Shown here piece after piece: positions 1 to 11,725 of a stretch of DNA of 64,000 nucleotides. Position 1 is the stretch's first letter; each line of letters starts with the position of its first letter. The position numbers and the translations under genes were made by a program. Under the pieces are notes generated by a model. That model was not told the origin of the DNA. It saw nothing but the letters and a program-made list of their open reading frames with translations, and searched no databases. This DNA is from Raillietiella orientalis. Lineage: Eukaryota. The stretch covers positions 4,650,001-4,714,000 of the forward strand of contig JAYWIR010000007.1 in NCBI GenBank assembly GCA_036172245.1, written 5' to 3'.

Positions 1-7
1 TTGAAAG

Positions 8-664
8 AAGTACGTGGTCGAGGTGGAGGTGAACAGTTTGTATCAGTTATCTCCAGGCCAAGACCTCCGCAGCATCCCAGTGCGTTCCCGTTGCCGTGTG
101 CTTCTTCTTCCTTCCCTGCTGGACGTTTGTTTGTTTTGTTTACATGTGTGATGAAAAATTGGTTTCTGCTCTTTAGAACGGACGGATGGCACGCGAGAAG
201 GTGCGTCCCTGGCAAGGTGCTCCGTTCCCGCGCACCAGAGCAGTGCTGCGGGCTGCGGTCAGGAGTGGCCCTCCCCTATCCTTCCCGCGGGCGTTCCTCT
301 CAACTCCCGCAGGAGCCGCGACGTCCGTTCGCAGAGGCAGCGGCGGGGAGAGCCGATCTGCTGCGCCGACCCTTTTGCGGAGCTTCTTCCCGTGGACCGT
401 GTGGACGTTTGCCGGCCTGCGTGAGTTGTCATCCGTCGCCTTGGGAACCGCATCCGTCCCCTCCGTCCGACCGACGGAGGAGTGTCCGTGAGCACTCCGT
501 TTCCTCCGGCCAAGCCGAGTGTCTCTTCCCGCTGGGAAGCAGCGTGTTGCAGTTCCCACGGGTTCGCGTGCTTTCCTGTGGACCCCCCCCCCTCTGACCC
601 GCGTCCCCTGGCGTTTTAGCCATGTCGATTATCCCGAATCACTGATATGTTAACATGGAGAATG
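8..664 (+). CDS. Candidate three-exon gene fragment (8-79, 177-200, 620-664), product unknown
   Basis: Each segment follows AG and precedes GTGCGT. Lengths 72, 24 and 45 nt are multiples of 3 and stop-free in phase 0: KYVVEVEVNSLYQLSPGQDLRSIP / NGRMAREK / PCRLSRITDMLTWRM. No homology recognised. Confidence 0.2.
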
Positions 665-3141
665 GTGCGTGCGTTCTGAGAACCCCCGGTCGCCCGGCTG
701 CTTCTGCCAAAAAAGCGCTCTCTCTCTCTTTTTTGTCACCCCGGTGATTCCTCAGGAGATCTTTCGCGACTTTCGGCTGCATTTCTTCTTCACTGCAGTG
801 GGATTTCGCATCCGAAGGCTTCCGTGAACAAAAAAGAAAAAGAGAGAACCGAGGATATCTAGTTCCACGTTTCGTTCTTTCCGTTGCGTGGGAGTTGCTC
901 CCCTCGTGTGCCGCGGAAGTGCGGGGGTAGGGGGGGGGGGGTAGGGACGTTGCCGAGGAAACGGGAAGAAGATCCAGCGTCATCCCTTCCAGTTTAACTC
1001 TCGACGACGCTGATTTCTTCCCCGTCGGCCCCCTGCGCCTCCGCTTCGCGTCTTCTGAGACGCGTGCTCCTTCCTCCTCCTGGGCAGGCCGTGCGCTCCG
1101 CGCGAACAAAGAGCTGTGCACGGGATGATGGCATGCGTGGGAGGTCACTGACAATTTGGAAATTCATTTGTCTTGGAAACGGGCGCAATCTGCGCCACAC
1201 GTGCCGGGTGCCGTGGCGTGCCAAGGGCGGTTCGGCGTGCGAGCGTGGTGGTATCCCCAGTCCCTCCCGCCCGCCCATCCCGCTCTCATCCCCTCGCAGG
1301 AAAGATGCCACCCCCGTCCCGACCTTGCAGCTTCCTCAACCCCCGCCTATCCCGATTAAAAGTAACCCCCAAAAACGGGGGAGGGGGGGGGGAAGGGGCA
1401 GCTGCCGAGGCAACGTGGGGGGCAAAAGCGCGAATGGGAAGCGAACGTATCTCCGAGTACGCGTGAGATGATGAAGATAACGATGCTACAAGGCAGGGTG
1501 TCCACACCGCGGTTAGGGTGTTGCCACTTCCGTCTGCAGTTCCGAGCCGGCCGCAACGGTCCGGGGAGGAAGGAAGGAAGCCGCCGCCCTCCCCCTCCCC
1601 CCCCCGACTTTCCGTTTGTCGCATCCCCCCCTTTCCGGGAGGGGGGGAGGAGGGGAGGAACTGGGAAATGAAAGCTCCTCCCCCTCTCCACACGTGGTGG
1701 CGCGGGCGCGGTTTGGCTTCGTCGTGCTGTTTTCCGAGATGGCGGCGGATGTTCCGCGTCATGGAAACGCCTCGCCCCTTGGAGACAGCGGTGTTTCTCG
1801 TGCTTCCCGCGCGTGCACCCTGTGTGCCAAAGCGCGTGCCCCGTTCCTCGGAGGCGTATCCGTTCACGTGTCGTGTAGCCTGCAAGCCGTGCGTATCGGG
1901 AACAGATGTTTTGCCGCTGGCAACGTTGCTCGGGCACTTCGATGATTTTCCTTTTCCCTTAGTAATCGTCTACGGCTGTTCCACTTTCCGAGCCTGCTCG
2001 GAAGGCGCCTCTGAACTGGGGCGCTGGCAGAGTTGGGGGGGGGGGGAAGGAGAGAGAAAGAAAGAAAGAGAACCTAGCGGAATGCAGCAGCATCTTTGTG
2101 TTTTCAAGTCTTCCTAATGACCGGTGGCGGCTGCTCCGTCGTTCGCCTTCCTGCCTGCCGTGCTGGCGCTGCCATCGGCGCACAGCCGCGTCGCAGTTCC
2201 AAACCGCCTCCTCTTCTGCGCCGACCATTCCAGCACGCTTTTTTTTTCCCCCCCTTTTTTGTCCTGGTTCTCCACAAACTTTTTCCAGTTCGGCCGGCCG
2301 GGGAGGGGGGGGGAGCTCGTTTCCAACCCGTTTGTTTTCTTGAGAGGCATTTCATCCCAAGGGCATTGCTGAAGACGATCATCTTGCGTGGTTACCAGGT
2401 ACGTTTGCTTTTTTCCAGCGTCTTTGCGTCATGTGGCGACCGTTGCCATGCATATCCTGGTGGTGGCCAGGCGCCCCGGATTCCTCTCGCATGCGCATTA
2501 GCCTTCGGGCAGGGATCCCGCGCAGCGGCCGCGCTTCCACGTGTGCCCGCGTCGGCGTCCGTCGCCCACCACCCCTGCCCCGAGAGGGCCGTGGAACCCG
2601 TGCGGGCATCGGTTCGAACGTTCTCCCTGTGCGCCCTTCCGTCCTCGCGAGCGCGCGGAGGAACCGGGGGAGGAGGAGGCGACGATAGGAGTCGCCCACC
2701 GACGCCGTGGGCAACCCTCAGGGAGTTTTCGGGGAGGGGGGGGGACACTTGGGTCCCTGCGGCCGGACCCGCGCTGCCTGCCGTGTTCAGAGATCCCGGA
2801 GGCCGAAACACGGACCGCTGCTGCATGCTTGAAGGGGGGGGGGGGAGCGAGTGTTTGCCTCCGCCGCCGCGCGCACGCGCAGCGGCCAGCACGTCCCGCT
2901 GCGTTCAATTTTCAGCTTCAGCTGCTTCCGTGCCCTCGATGCCCGCCAAGTGGACGTGAAATGCGACCCGGGCTCGCGAACCCTGCCTGCAGACGGTTTT
3001 TCCGCATCCCCGGCGTTTTCGCTCCCCCCCCCTCCTCCCCGGCTCCGTTGCTCCGGCAACCGGGCGAGCCAGGTTGCCCGAGGTGGCGTGCGTGCGTGCA
3101 AGTGGGCTGCCCCCGGCTCGCCTTCCGAAGTTTCGCTGCGT

Positions 3142-3158
3142 GCGCGCGCGCGCGCGCG
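3142..3158. repeat. (GC)8G tract
   Basis: Read directly from the sequence. Confidence 0.95.
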
Positions 3159-3782
3159 AGGTGACGTGCCGAAGTTGCGTTACCCTCGAGACGGCGGCCA
3201 CACATCTGCGGCGGCGGCCCCCCTGCGCACATATCCGGAACAACGCGATCCCGTGGCGCACCCGAGCGGAGGAGGGAGGCTACAAGCGCGCGTGCGGCGG
3301 CCTCCGGTCGCGAAAGCGCGAGCGATCCCCACCGTCGGAAGTGATTGGGGGGGGAGGCGCTCTCTCCCTCTTCCCGCGGCCCGGACAGCCCCTTTTTGTA
3401 TCCCCCTTTCCCTTGTCCGACGGATCAGGCCGCGAGCAGCTTACGGCTCCTTCACCGCTGGCGAGCCCATCGCGAGCATTCGTTGACGAGATGGCGCTTG
3501 TCGGTGCTGCCGGACGCGAGTTGCCCATGCAGCCCCCCCCCCCTCCCGACTTCCCTGTTACCATTGCGTCACTCTTCGCGAAGGAATTGGCGCATTAAGA
3601 AGCGGTGTCGGAAAGCGCGCGCTCCTAAGGTGGCGGCGCTGGGTGGTCGGCTGGCGGCGCCAGGGTCGAGGAGAACGAAGAGATCCTTGACGACGATGGC
3701 TCGATGAGCGCGCGCAATCTGCCGCCCTGTTTCGTCAGAGAGACCGGCCCGGGGATGGAGGGTGTTGGCGCATCGTCAGCAT

Positions 3783-3979
3783 GAGCTCGGACGGACCGGA
3801 GCTCACCGCGTTGACCTCGGTCACGGTGTGGTTCCCTTTTGCCACTGTTCTTGGTCATCTCCTCCCTCGGAATTGTGCCGTGGGCGGGGTGGGGTCCGTC
3901 GACGGGCGACCTCGTCGGAAGCTTTGAACCTCCTGCCTTCTGGACGCAAGGCTGGGCGTTTAGCGGATCAGCGCGCGCC
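3783..3979 (+). mobile_element. Possible highly decayed Sauria-SINE-like fragment
   Basis: GAGCTCGGACGGACCGGAGCTCACCGCG and TTTGAACCTCCTGCCTTCTGGACGCAAGGCTGGGCGTTTAGCGGATCAGCGC loosely resemble, in the same order, motifs I recall from the squamate Sauria SINE consensus. Compared from memory, not aligned. Confidence 0.15.
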
Positions 3980-6900
3980 GCGGCCAAGGATGCTGGCGGG
4001 CGGGACACCCTGGATTCTCAAGGACGCGTTCCAATTCGGTGCGGATCCATCCGCTCCGCCCTTGGTGTGCTCGTTTTTGTGTGTACTAAGCCGCGTGGGT
4101 TACGAAACTCTGTAAGGGTTGGTCACACCTCCGTCCTCTTCCCCTCCCCTCCCCCCCCCCACACACACACGCACACACATTGTGAAACGCTCAGCGAGAG
4201 GAAAAGTCTTGCGCGTGCTGGTGTGCGCCCTCTCGAGGGGGAACCTTCGCACGCGGGGCGTTGCTGGGCGAACGAGCCCTCCTGAAAAGTCCGCCGTTGC
4301 CCGCGTTGCGAGACACCTCGCGGAAGAGCACTGCTGCTGCCCCGGGAAAGCGCGCCCTCTCGTTAGTCAGCCCTCGAAAGCAGAGCAGGGCATGCAACCA
4401 ACCGAAGACGAGAATGGCGTGCCGGCGGTGGCGCGTGCGACAGTAAGTATGGGTAGGTCGCGCCGCCGTGGTTACCGGGGGGAGGAGAGAGTGGCAGCGG
4501 CTGCGACGTGACGGGGAGAGCGGGTGGGTGGGTCGTCTCTCGATCGAGGAAGCCATGACCGTCATCACCAAGCACGTCAGCTCGGCGGGAGAGCGCGCGC
4601 GCGCGCCTGCGCAGCGCTCTGGCGGCGGGGGGAAAAAGCCTCTCGCGCGCCTCTCGGAAGGCATTCGAGAAATGCGGGCGCTCGCGCGCGCCGTGACGTA
4701 GCGGCCGGAGGTCCCGCTGCCGCCGCGAGCAGTCGCTGTCGTCGAGCGGTCCTCCCAGAATGGTGGCGTTCGAGTCCAAGAAGCGCGCGCGTGGCGGCGG
4801 CGGAGGAGGAGGAGGCAAGCTCCCACCCTTTCGTCTCCCTCCTCCTCCTCCTCCCCCCCGCCTCCTCGCCGTGCGCACGGGGTGCTTGGCCACCCCGAAA
4901 GCGACTGCGGATCGGCGGCGAGTGGTTTTCCTGCAAACCCGGCGTCTCCGTGCGGAGAGCCGGCAGTCGTCGGTCCCGCAGCCCCGCAAGAAGGGCACCG
5001 CTCCTCGGTTCCCGCCGACGCGCTCACGCACTGCCCACCTGCACTCGAGAAAAGTAGGGGGAAGAGCGAGGAAGGCAGCAAAGAAACGGAATCTCCTCCT
5101 CTGCTCTCCATTAAACGCGTGGCGTGGTTGTGGACGAAAACGCAAGGAGGCCCGTCTGCCTCCCTTTCTCCCCCTTCCCCCTCCTTTTTTTTTTTGTCAT
5201 TACCTAGTTTTTCCCTAGTGGCACCACAGCGTGCCTCATGGGATGCGTTAGGTGGACGCGGTGACCGACGCATCACAGGACGTTCCACCTCCGCCTGTTA
5301 GTCCCTGCCCTCTGCACCCCTTCCCCCTGCAAACTCAGCGAGCAACGTCATGAAAACGGTCGCCATCTTTCCTCCTGCCCCTTTCGAAAGTGCCCCCCCC
5401 CCCTCCCCGAAAGGACGACCGCCACTACCACCGACTGCTCCAGCGCGGATCCGTGGCCCATCACCTTTTTGCTCACGTCGCCGCCACACCCGGCAGGTGA
5501 CGCCTCCTGCTAAACGAGCGGGCGCTTTCCCGTTCTCCACGACGCACGCGCTTCGCTAACGGGGGGCGTTCCTGGATGATGGTGGTTCCGGCGGGGGGGG
5601 GGAGCAGGTGGAGGTGGGTCCCCTCTTCCCGGAGCGGCGCGCGCGCGCACTCCTCCGCGGGACTTCCGGCCCGAACATCCGCCGCGAGGGATCTTCTCCC
5701 ACTGGGAAGGAACGGCGCCTTGCGCTTCCTTCCCGGCCCCTGGGAGGGAGAGCTTCTTGCGAACGCGCTCCTCCCAGCGGTGAGAGAGATGGCGGGGGGC
5801 TCTCTGGCGCGACGCTGCCCTCCTACGACCCGTTCGGCCATCGCTGGCGTCGAGAGGCCGCGAGCGTGCGACGATGGGGGGCCCAGTGGGAGTTCTGCTA
5901 CGCGTCAGTCAGTCACGACGGCGGCGGCGGCGGCGCGCATGCGTGCGCGCGAGCCGGTTGGTTTCGAAGCATGGCGTCCGTGGGGGGGAAGGGGAGGCGA
6001 ACGAACTGGAAGGAGCCTTGCGATACCCGGAGGTCAAGTAGAGAAACACTCGACGTGACCACCGCGCTCGCGTGGCAGTCGGCCACGCCCTCTTCATTGT
6101 TGCTGGCGCGGCGGAGAGGAAGAAGGGGGCAGCGTCGCGGAGAGACGAGTCCATGCAGGAAGGGTGGAGGGGGATGGAAGGCGCGGGTAGTCGGTGTCGG
6201 TTCCCGTAGACGGAGAGTGCCGGCGCCATCGCCGCGGCGTCCCGTCACTCCGCACCTCCATGTCGAAGGGAAGGGGTTCACGGCAGAGCTCTCCCTTCCT
6301 TCCTTCCTCGAGGGCGACCCCTTTCGATTCGCTCAGGTGTAGTGGGAGCGACCTGCCAATGACGACGACGACCTGACCCGGAACCACCGCTTCTTCCGCC
6401 GCGACCCAACTCTTCGGTCCGCTTCGCCCCATGAAAGGAAAAACTTTCAAACGCGCTTTTCCATTTGTTGCTTGCGCAGCCTCTGCCTCTGTCGCCTCCA
6501 TGTCCACGAAGCTATCGGCGAGCGCTCCTTCCAAAGTGGACGGGTGGCAGCTGCGACGGAGATCGTCGGTGGCCACCCGCTCACATGGGACCATCTCGTC
6601 TTTCTTTCTTCCGAGGACTTCGGGGCGTGCGGTCTCTCTTCCCAAGAGCACCGGTGAATGAGGAGGAGATGGAGGGGCATTGCGGCCGGAAAGCAGGACG
6701 CGATCCCCTTTGTCCACCCACATTTTTTCTCTTCGCCCTCGACAGTGAGTCCTCCTCCTCCCAGAGGGCTCCTTCTCTACCCTGCCGCGCTCTTTCCCTT
6801 TTTCTAGCCGAGACCCGAAAAATCCCGGCGATCCCCTTACAGGACTTCCGGTTAGTTTCCTCCCTCCCTCTCCTCCCGTGAGGAGGACCGCAAGGTGCGC

Positions 6901-7420
6901 GAGATGCGCAGGCCGATTCTTACCCCCTCCTGTGCTTTGTGTGTGTGTTCTTCCCCCCACCTCAGAGGTGAGCGCAGCGCTCGGTTGGGGGGGGATGAAG
7001 GGGAAGGGAGCGGCTCTCCCCCACGAGCGGCGGCTGCGGAGATCCCGCAGTCTCTCCCTTGCTTCCCATGCCAGCCGCCTTGCTTGGAGAGGGACGATCG
7101 GACGACCTGCCAGCCAGTCGGACGCTGCTCTACGACGCTTCTGCAGCTGTGATGAGGAGGCCGGTCTCTCGAGAAGAGCGATCCCCACCCACCCCCACCC
7201 GGCTGGAATGCAAGGACGTCTCGACGATAGTTCCCATGTCCGGCGGCGGCCATTACGACTCGTAACGGACCGTCTCTGAAGACGGCAGCTGGTTTGGATC
7301 GAGATGGGGGCCATTCTCGAGCAAACAACACGCCGTGCCTCCTTCTGCCCGCACAGCACCCTAAGCTCCTACTACCCTGTCCGCCCGCTTCCCCATCCCC
7401 GCCTCTTGCTCTCGAAAATT

Positions 7421-7443
7421 AAAAAAAAAAAAAAAAAAAAAAA
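7421..7443. repeat. Poly(A)23
   Basis: Read directly from the sequence. Confidence 0.95.
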
Positions 7444-7470
7444 CGCGCATTCCACACTTCACAATAATAG

Positions 7471-7830
7471 AAATGCCGAAATGCTAGTCTTTGAACCTTC
7501 CGGGGCTCGAGAGGCCTTCGGGAAGTACCCAGGTAAGCACTGAAGGGGTCAGTTCGCTTCCGGTTGCCCTCTTGATGGAGCAAAAGGATCAGTCATTCAA
7601 CCTCTCTGGCCCCAAGTCGGTTTGCCGGCTGACGAGCATGCAATTAAAATTCCGTTTCCCAAATCAAACAGCTAGTAACGGGGCAACACAAGTGCACTCG
7701 TGTGAGTACGAAGTGCACCAACACGTTTTTACAATTATTTTCAGAGCATTACTGTTTTCCGTGATTGTACGAAACATTTTATATATTGCAGTGTTTTGCA
7801 GTCCATGAAGTCGCTGATAATTTCGATTAA
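7471..7830 (+). CDS. Candidate 3' gene fragment, exons ~7471-7532, 7672-7701, 7802-7830
   Basis: Strong donors CAG|GTAAGC (7533) and GTGAGT (7702), with CAG acceptors at 7671 and 7801. Phase-1 joins give NAEMLVFEPSGAREAFGKYP-A-SNGATQVHS-F-HEVADNFD*. No homology recognised. Confidence 0.2.
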
Positions 7831-10800
7831 TTCGTTCAAAAAACAAAAAAAAAGCACCTGCGACTATTATAAAGCGGAAGAGTGGTGAAAAAAAATGAGA
7901 CACTCCATGGAGACGTCCCAACAATGCGAAGCGCCCCACGTGCTCACCGGTGGACTAAATATAGCTGCCTGTTAACAATGCAACCCATGCTGCCCTTAGC
8001 AGCGACTCGCGATTGTTGTGTGGACCCACGTTTCCAGGGAAACGCGCCGGCAGGTCACATTAGACATGCCGCAGTTTTGTGGAAAGGTGTCACTCTTTCA
8101 GTGAAAAGACTGAAAGGAAAACTCTGATTGGTGAGCTCAGGAAAGCGCCTTCCTACAAGTTCCCCCCTCCCGCGCATCGAGCGCCATTCCATGCGATGAA
8201 CTTTCATCTTATTTAAGAATGGATCGGATGATCTGCATCTTGCACTACAAACACAGAGCATCAGTACACACCCGACTGAAATTTCTTCTCTTGAAGTTTC
8301 TGATTTTCCATTAAGAGGTGTAAGTATCTCAAAAGTTTGAGTATCTCAGAGAGCGCAGGGATGTGCGTCTTTTTATCCTTGTCTAGTTCGCGTGTCGAGC
8401 TACGTTCAAAGCATCGATATAGCAAGTCCTTAGCAATAGAGGAATCAGTTGGATAGAAGCATTCTAAATGGTGTTGGATCTCATTGGATCATTCTAAAAG
8501 ATCGATAGCAAGTCAGTCTCCGAAGTAAAATACTTAAAAGTATCCTACACATTTTGCGAGCTGATGGAAGTCGCTGTAGGGCAGGTTCCGTTAACACAGA
8601 TCGGGGTCGACCAATGCACGGGATGGTATCCCTAAAGAGGCAAAAATGGGGATTTCAGAGTCGTGTGGTGACGGAAGCAGCCGCTTCTTACATACCACGG
8701 GCACGGCACTAGAGCTGCTTCCCAGACAGATTTAAGACTTCCGCCGACAAAGGTCCGACTCTGCAGTCAGGAGCAAAGGAGGAAGAAATTTCCTGACTTC
8801 CTGGAAGCTCCAGCCTTAAACCAGACAACGGCTCTCCCGCTGGAGGGAGGGCACGGTGCCCACTGCCTGAACGCTGAGGCGGAGGAGGAGCAAGTTTCCG
8901 AGTCGAGACAGGTCCTTCTGCTAAACTGTTCAGCCTTGTTCCACCATGCAACTCCATGGAAGGAAAAATGACCCAGAGGCATCGAGAATGCTCACTTGGG
9001 GTTGCGGTGGGCGCTCAGCTTCACGAGAAAGGAAAGACGAACATGTTCGCGTTCTGGCTCTGTACGGCCGGTGTTCTTCGAATGCTCTCTCTTCGCGTTG
9101 GAAAAGACGTGGAAAAGCCACAGCTCGAGTTTGTTGTAAGCTGACGAGCGAGCACGCAGTTCGGGTATAAATTTCCTCTCGAAAGATTCCTACCTTCGGC
9201 TCCCACCAGAGCTTTTTTCACGACGCCGACCGATCTGAGACCTTCTAGAAGTTGGAGGTACTCTGACATGAAACGAAAGGCGAAAGTCTTTTTTTTCGCT
9301 TGTGTGCGCGTGCATGTGTATGGGGGGGGGGGGAGAAAGAAAAAGAAAGCGTGAGTCTGGGACTGCCTTCGCTGCTACCAGCCTTCGGACATCTCGCCCT
9401 CAGACGGCAGGTGCCGTTTCCCCTCCGATTATCCCCCACAGTCTTCGAGAGTACGCCCTTTCCTGGTTCACCTGCGGTCATCAGGGTTTCGCGCTTCAAC
9501 ATGGCGGCAGGTGCAGCGGTGACTCCTGGGGAACGGCCGTCCTTTCCTTCCAGGCGCGGGTCGATCCGCACACGGGACAGCTCTTGACCCCTGCGAAGAG
9601 GCGGGCGCTCCTGTTGACGGCACACCCATCCCTCCTCGGGAGAGATGGTAGAAGGAGTAACTACAAAATGAAATCAATCGAGCCAAAAGACCAGCTCATA
9701 TGGGAGGGCCTGGAAACACCATCTCTCACCCGAAGCCGGAGGCAGTCTCAGTCGGTTCCAGGAGCACCAAGACACGCCGTGAACAGGGTGGGAGCGAAGA
9801 GCATCCGCATTCCCCAAGGAGGGAGACTTGGAAGGAAGACAAAGGCGCAGAGAGCTCGCCTTCCCGATTCTTCCTCGCAAGCGGGCGATGCGGCAAGCAA
9901 AATGTTTAGGGTGGTGAAAAATGTTTAGCCTCGGCGCACGAGAAAGCGGGCATGGAAGTCGGGATGCTGAGTATCTCCTGGTTGCGCAGAGCGAGGGCTC
10001 TCAGTCCGCAGAAGGGGTGGTTCCATTTGGTGACGAACGCCGGAGTCCATCGACGGACGATTTGAACGCGGCTGCCAACGAACCACAAGGAAAGGAAGAA
10101 GAGACTGGAATCGCGGACTAAGGAAACCCTCGCTGTCGGAAGGTTACAAGGGAAGAAGCAGCCGTCTGTCCAGAACAGACGCACAGTCGCAGAAGACCAA
10201 GTTAAGACAGAAGACGTCCACGTTGTCTGCCGCGCGCTTTTTCTCTGCCCGCGAAGATGGGAATTCCTGCGCTTGCGTCAGAGCGCCATCTTCTTTCGCA
10301 CTGCGCGAGTGAATGTCAGCCTTCAGCCCCTGGAGCGACGGAACGGCGGCGCACAGCATCCGGGGGCATCTGCGGACCAGCGAGGCGAAGGTCTTGCTCC
10401 CGATCTTCCTGTCCACTTTCCCCGCGAGCGGCGGAAACGTTCGGGCCCAGAGAGGCGGACGCTGGGAAACCGAAGCGTCCCTCGGGGCGAGAAGGAACCA
10501 GAGCGGGCGCTCGGAGAGGAAGTCTCGAGCGCACGCGCGCGTCAGCGAGCAATCGCCAGCGGCGGACTTTCCCAGCTGTTCCGGTCCGAGAAGTTCCGAG
10601 AGCCCAAGAGCGATGGTGCAACAGGTGCTCACCGCTCGGGGAGCCGAGTGGAAGAACTGTGGGAAAGGACGAGTAAGAACAGCGGCTTCCGCAAAAAGAC
10701 GCGCACGTACTCAATTTGCATATTTGTTTTTGACGCGCCGGAAAAGTCGGATTCTTGCTCGAATCATTCCAGGAACTCCCTTCCCCTCCTCCCCCTTCCC

Positions 10801-11212
10801 CATCGCCGTCACAACACATCCTGGCAGTCCCTTGCCATATCCCAGGGCAGCCCAGGCGACTTCGCCACACCGTTGCTCACTGTTCCCACTCTGGATTCCA
10901 CACCCAATTCCCTCCCCGCTCCCTCAGGTCCCTCTCCAGCCGCCGCACTTTTCCTCCGTAGGGCTCGTGCGGAGAGCGCTGCAGACCCACTGCATGCGTT
11001 TTCATGCACCTTCGGAAGAGAGCGCGCGGAGCGCAAAAAGGGAAGCACGGCGGAAGTGGGGAGGGAAGGAAGCAGCGAGGAACGAAGTCGGAACGCTTTT
11101 GCCGTGACCGAAATTCCGAGCAGGTCGCCCGTGAAGACAGCGAAAGGACGACCGCGCAGCCTCGCCGCTGCCTTCCAGCGTCTGCCCATCCCAAGCGCTC
11201 TATCAAGAACCA

Positions 11213-11242
<30 letters not shown>
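11213..11242. repeat. (AAT)10 microsatellite
   Basis: Read directly from the sequence. Confidence 0.95.
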
Positions 11243-11243
<1 letters not shown>

Positions 11244-11700
11244 GAGGAACCCGAGCGAACGCGATTTCTGGGAGGCCCTCAGGCTGGTTCGCGTGCAGGA
11301 ACGAGGGAGCGGGGAGGCCGTAGGGGGTTGCAGTGTCTGTGGCGCCGTCGGTCCCTTGGTCCGACGATTCGGGAAGACGCCGCCATCGGTCGAAATCAGG
11401 AATGCCAAGACATGGCGACCCTGATGTTTCAGCTGCACGCAGCGCGGAAGAATCGGCCGTGCGTGGGCGCAGCGGGCAATCGTGCGCGCAGGAGGAGCAC
11501 CGGCCAGCAGCTGCTTCTCTTTGCTTGCTTGTTTTGGGTTGTTTCCACCGCGGAAGGGGGCGTCTTGCATCGTGGGGGGGCCGCCATGGGCTTCGCTTGT
11601 CGCCTTGCGCGCTTCGGCGCTGCTACCTTTTTGAAAATCCGAATCTTCGGCTCTTTTCAGGCTCCAACGGGACGGACGACGGGCGCTCGGAACTCGGGTG

Positions 11701-11725
11701 AAAAAAAAAAAAAAAAAAAAAAAAA
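11701..11725. repeat. Poly(A)25
   Basis: Read directly from the sequence. Confidence 0.95.

Noticed and set aside
10714..10721. Octamer ATTTGCAT, an immunoglobulin-promoter motif
   Set aside because: I see no leader exon, V-domain or recombination signal sequence nearby.
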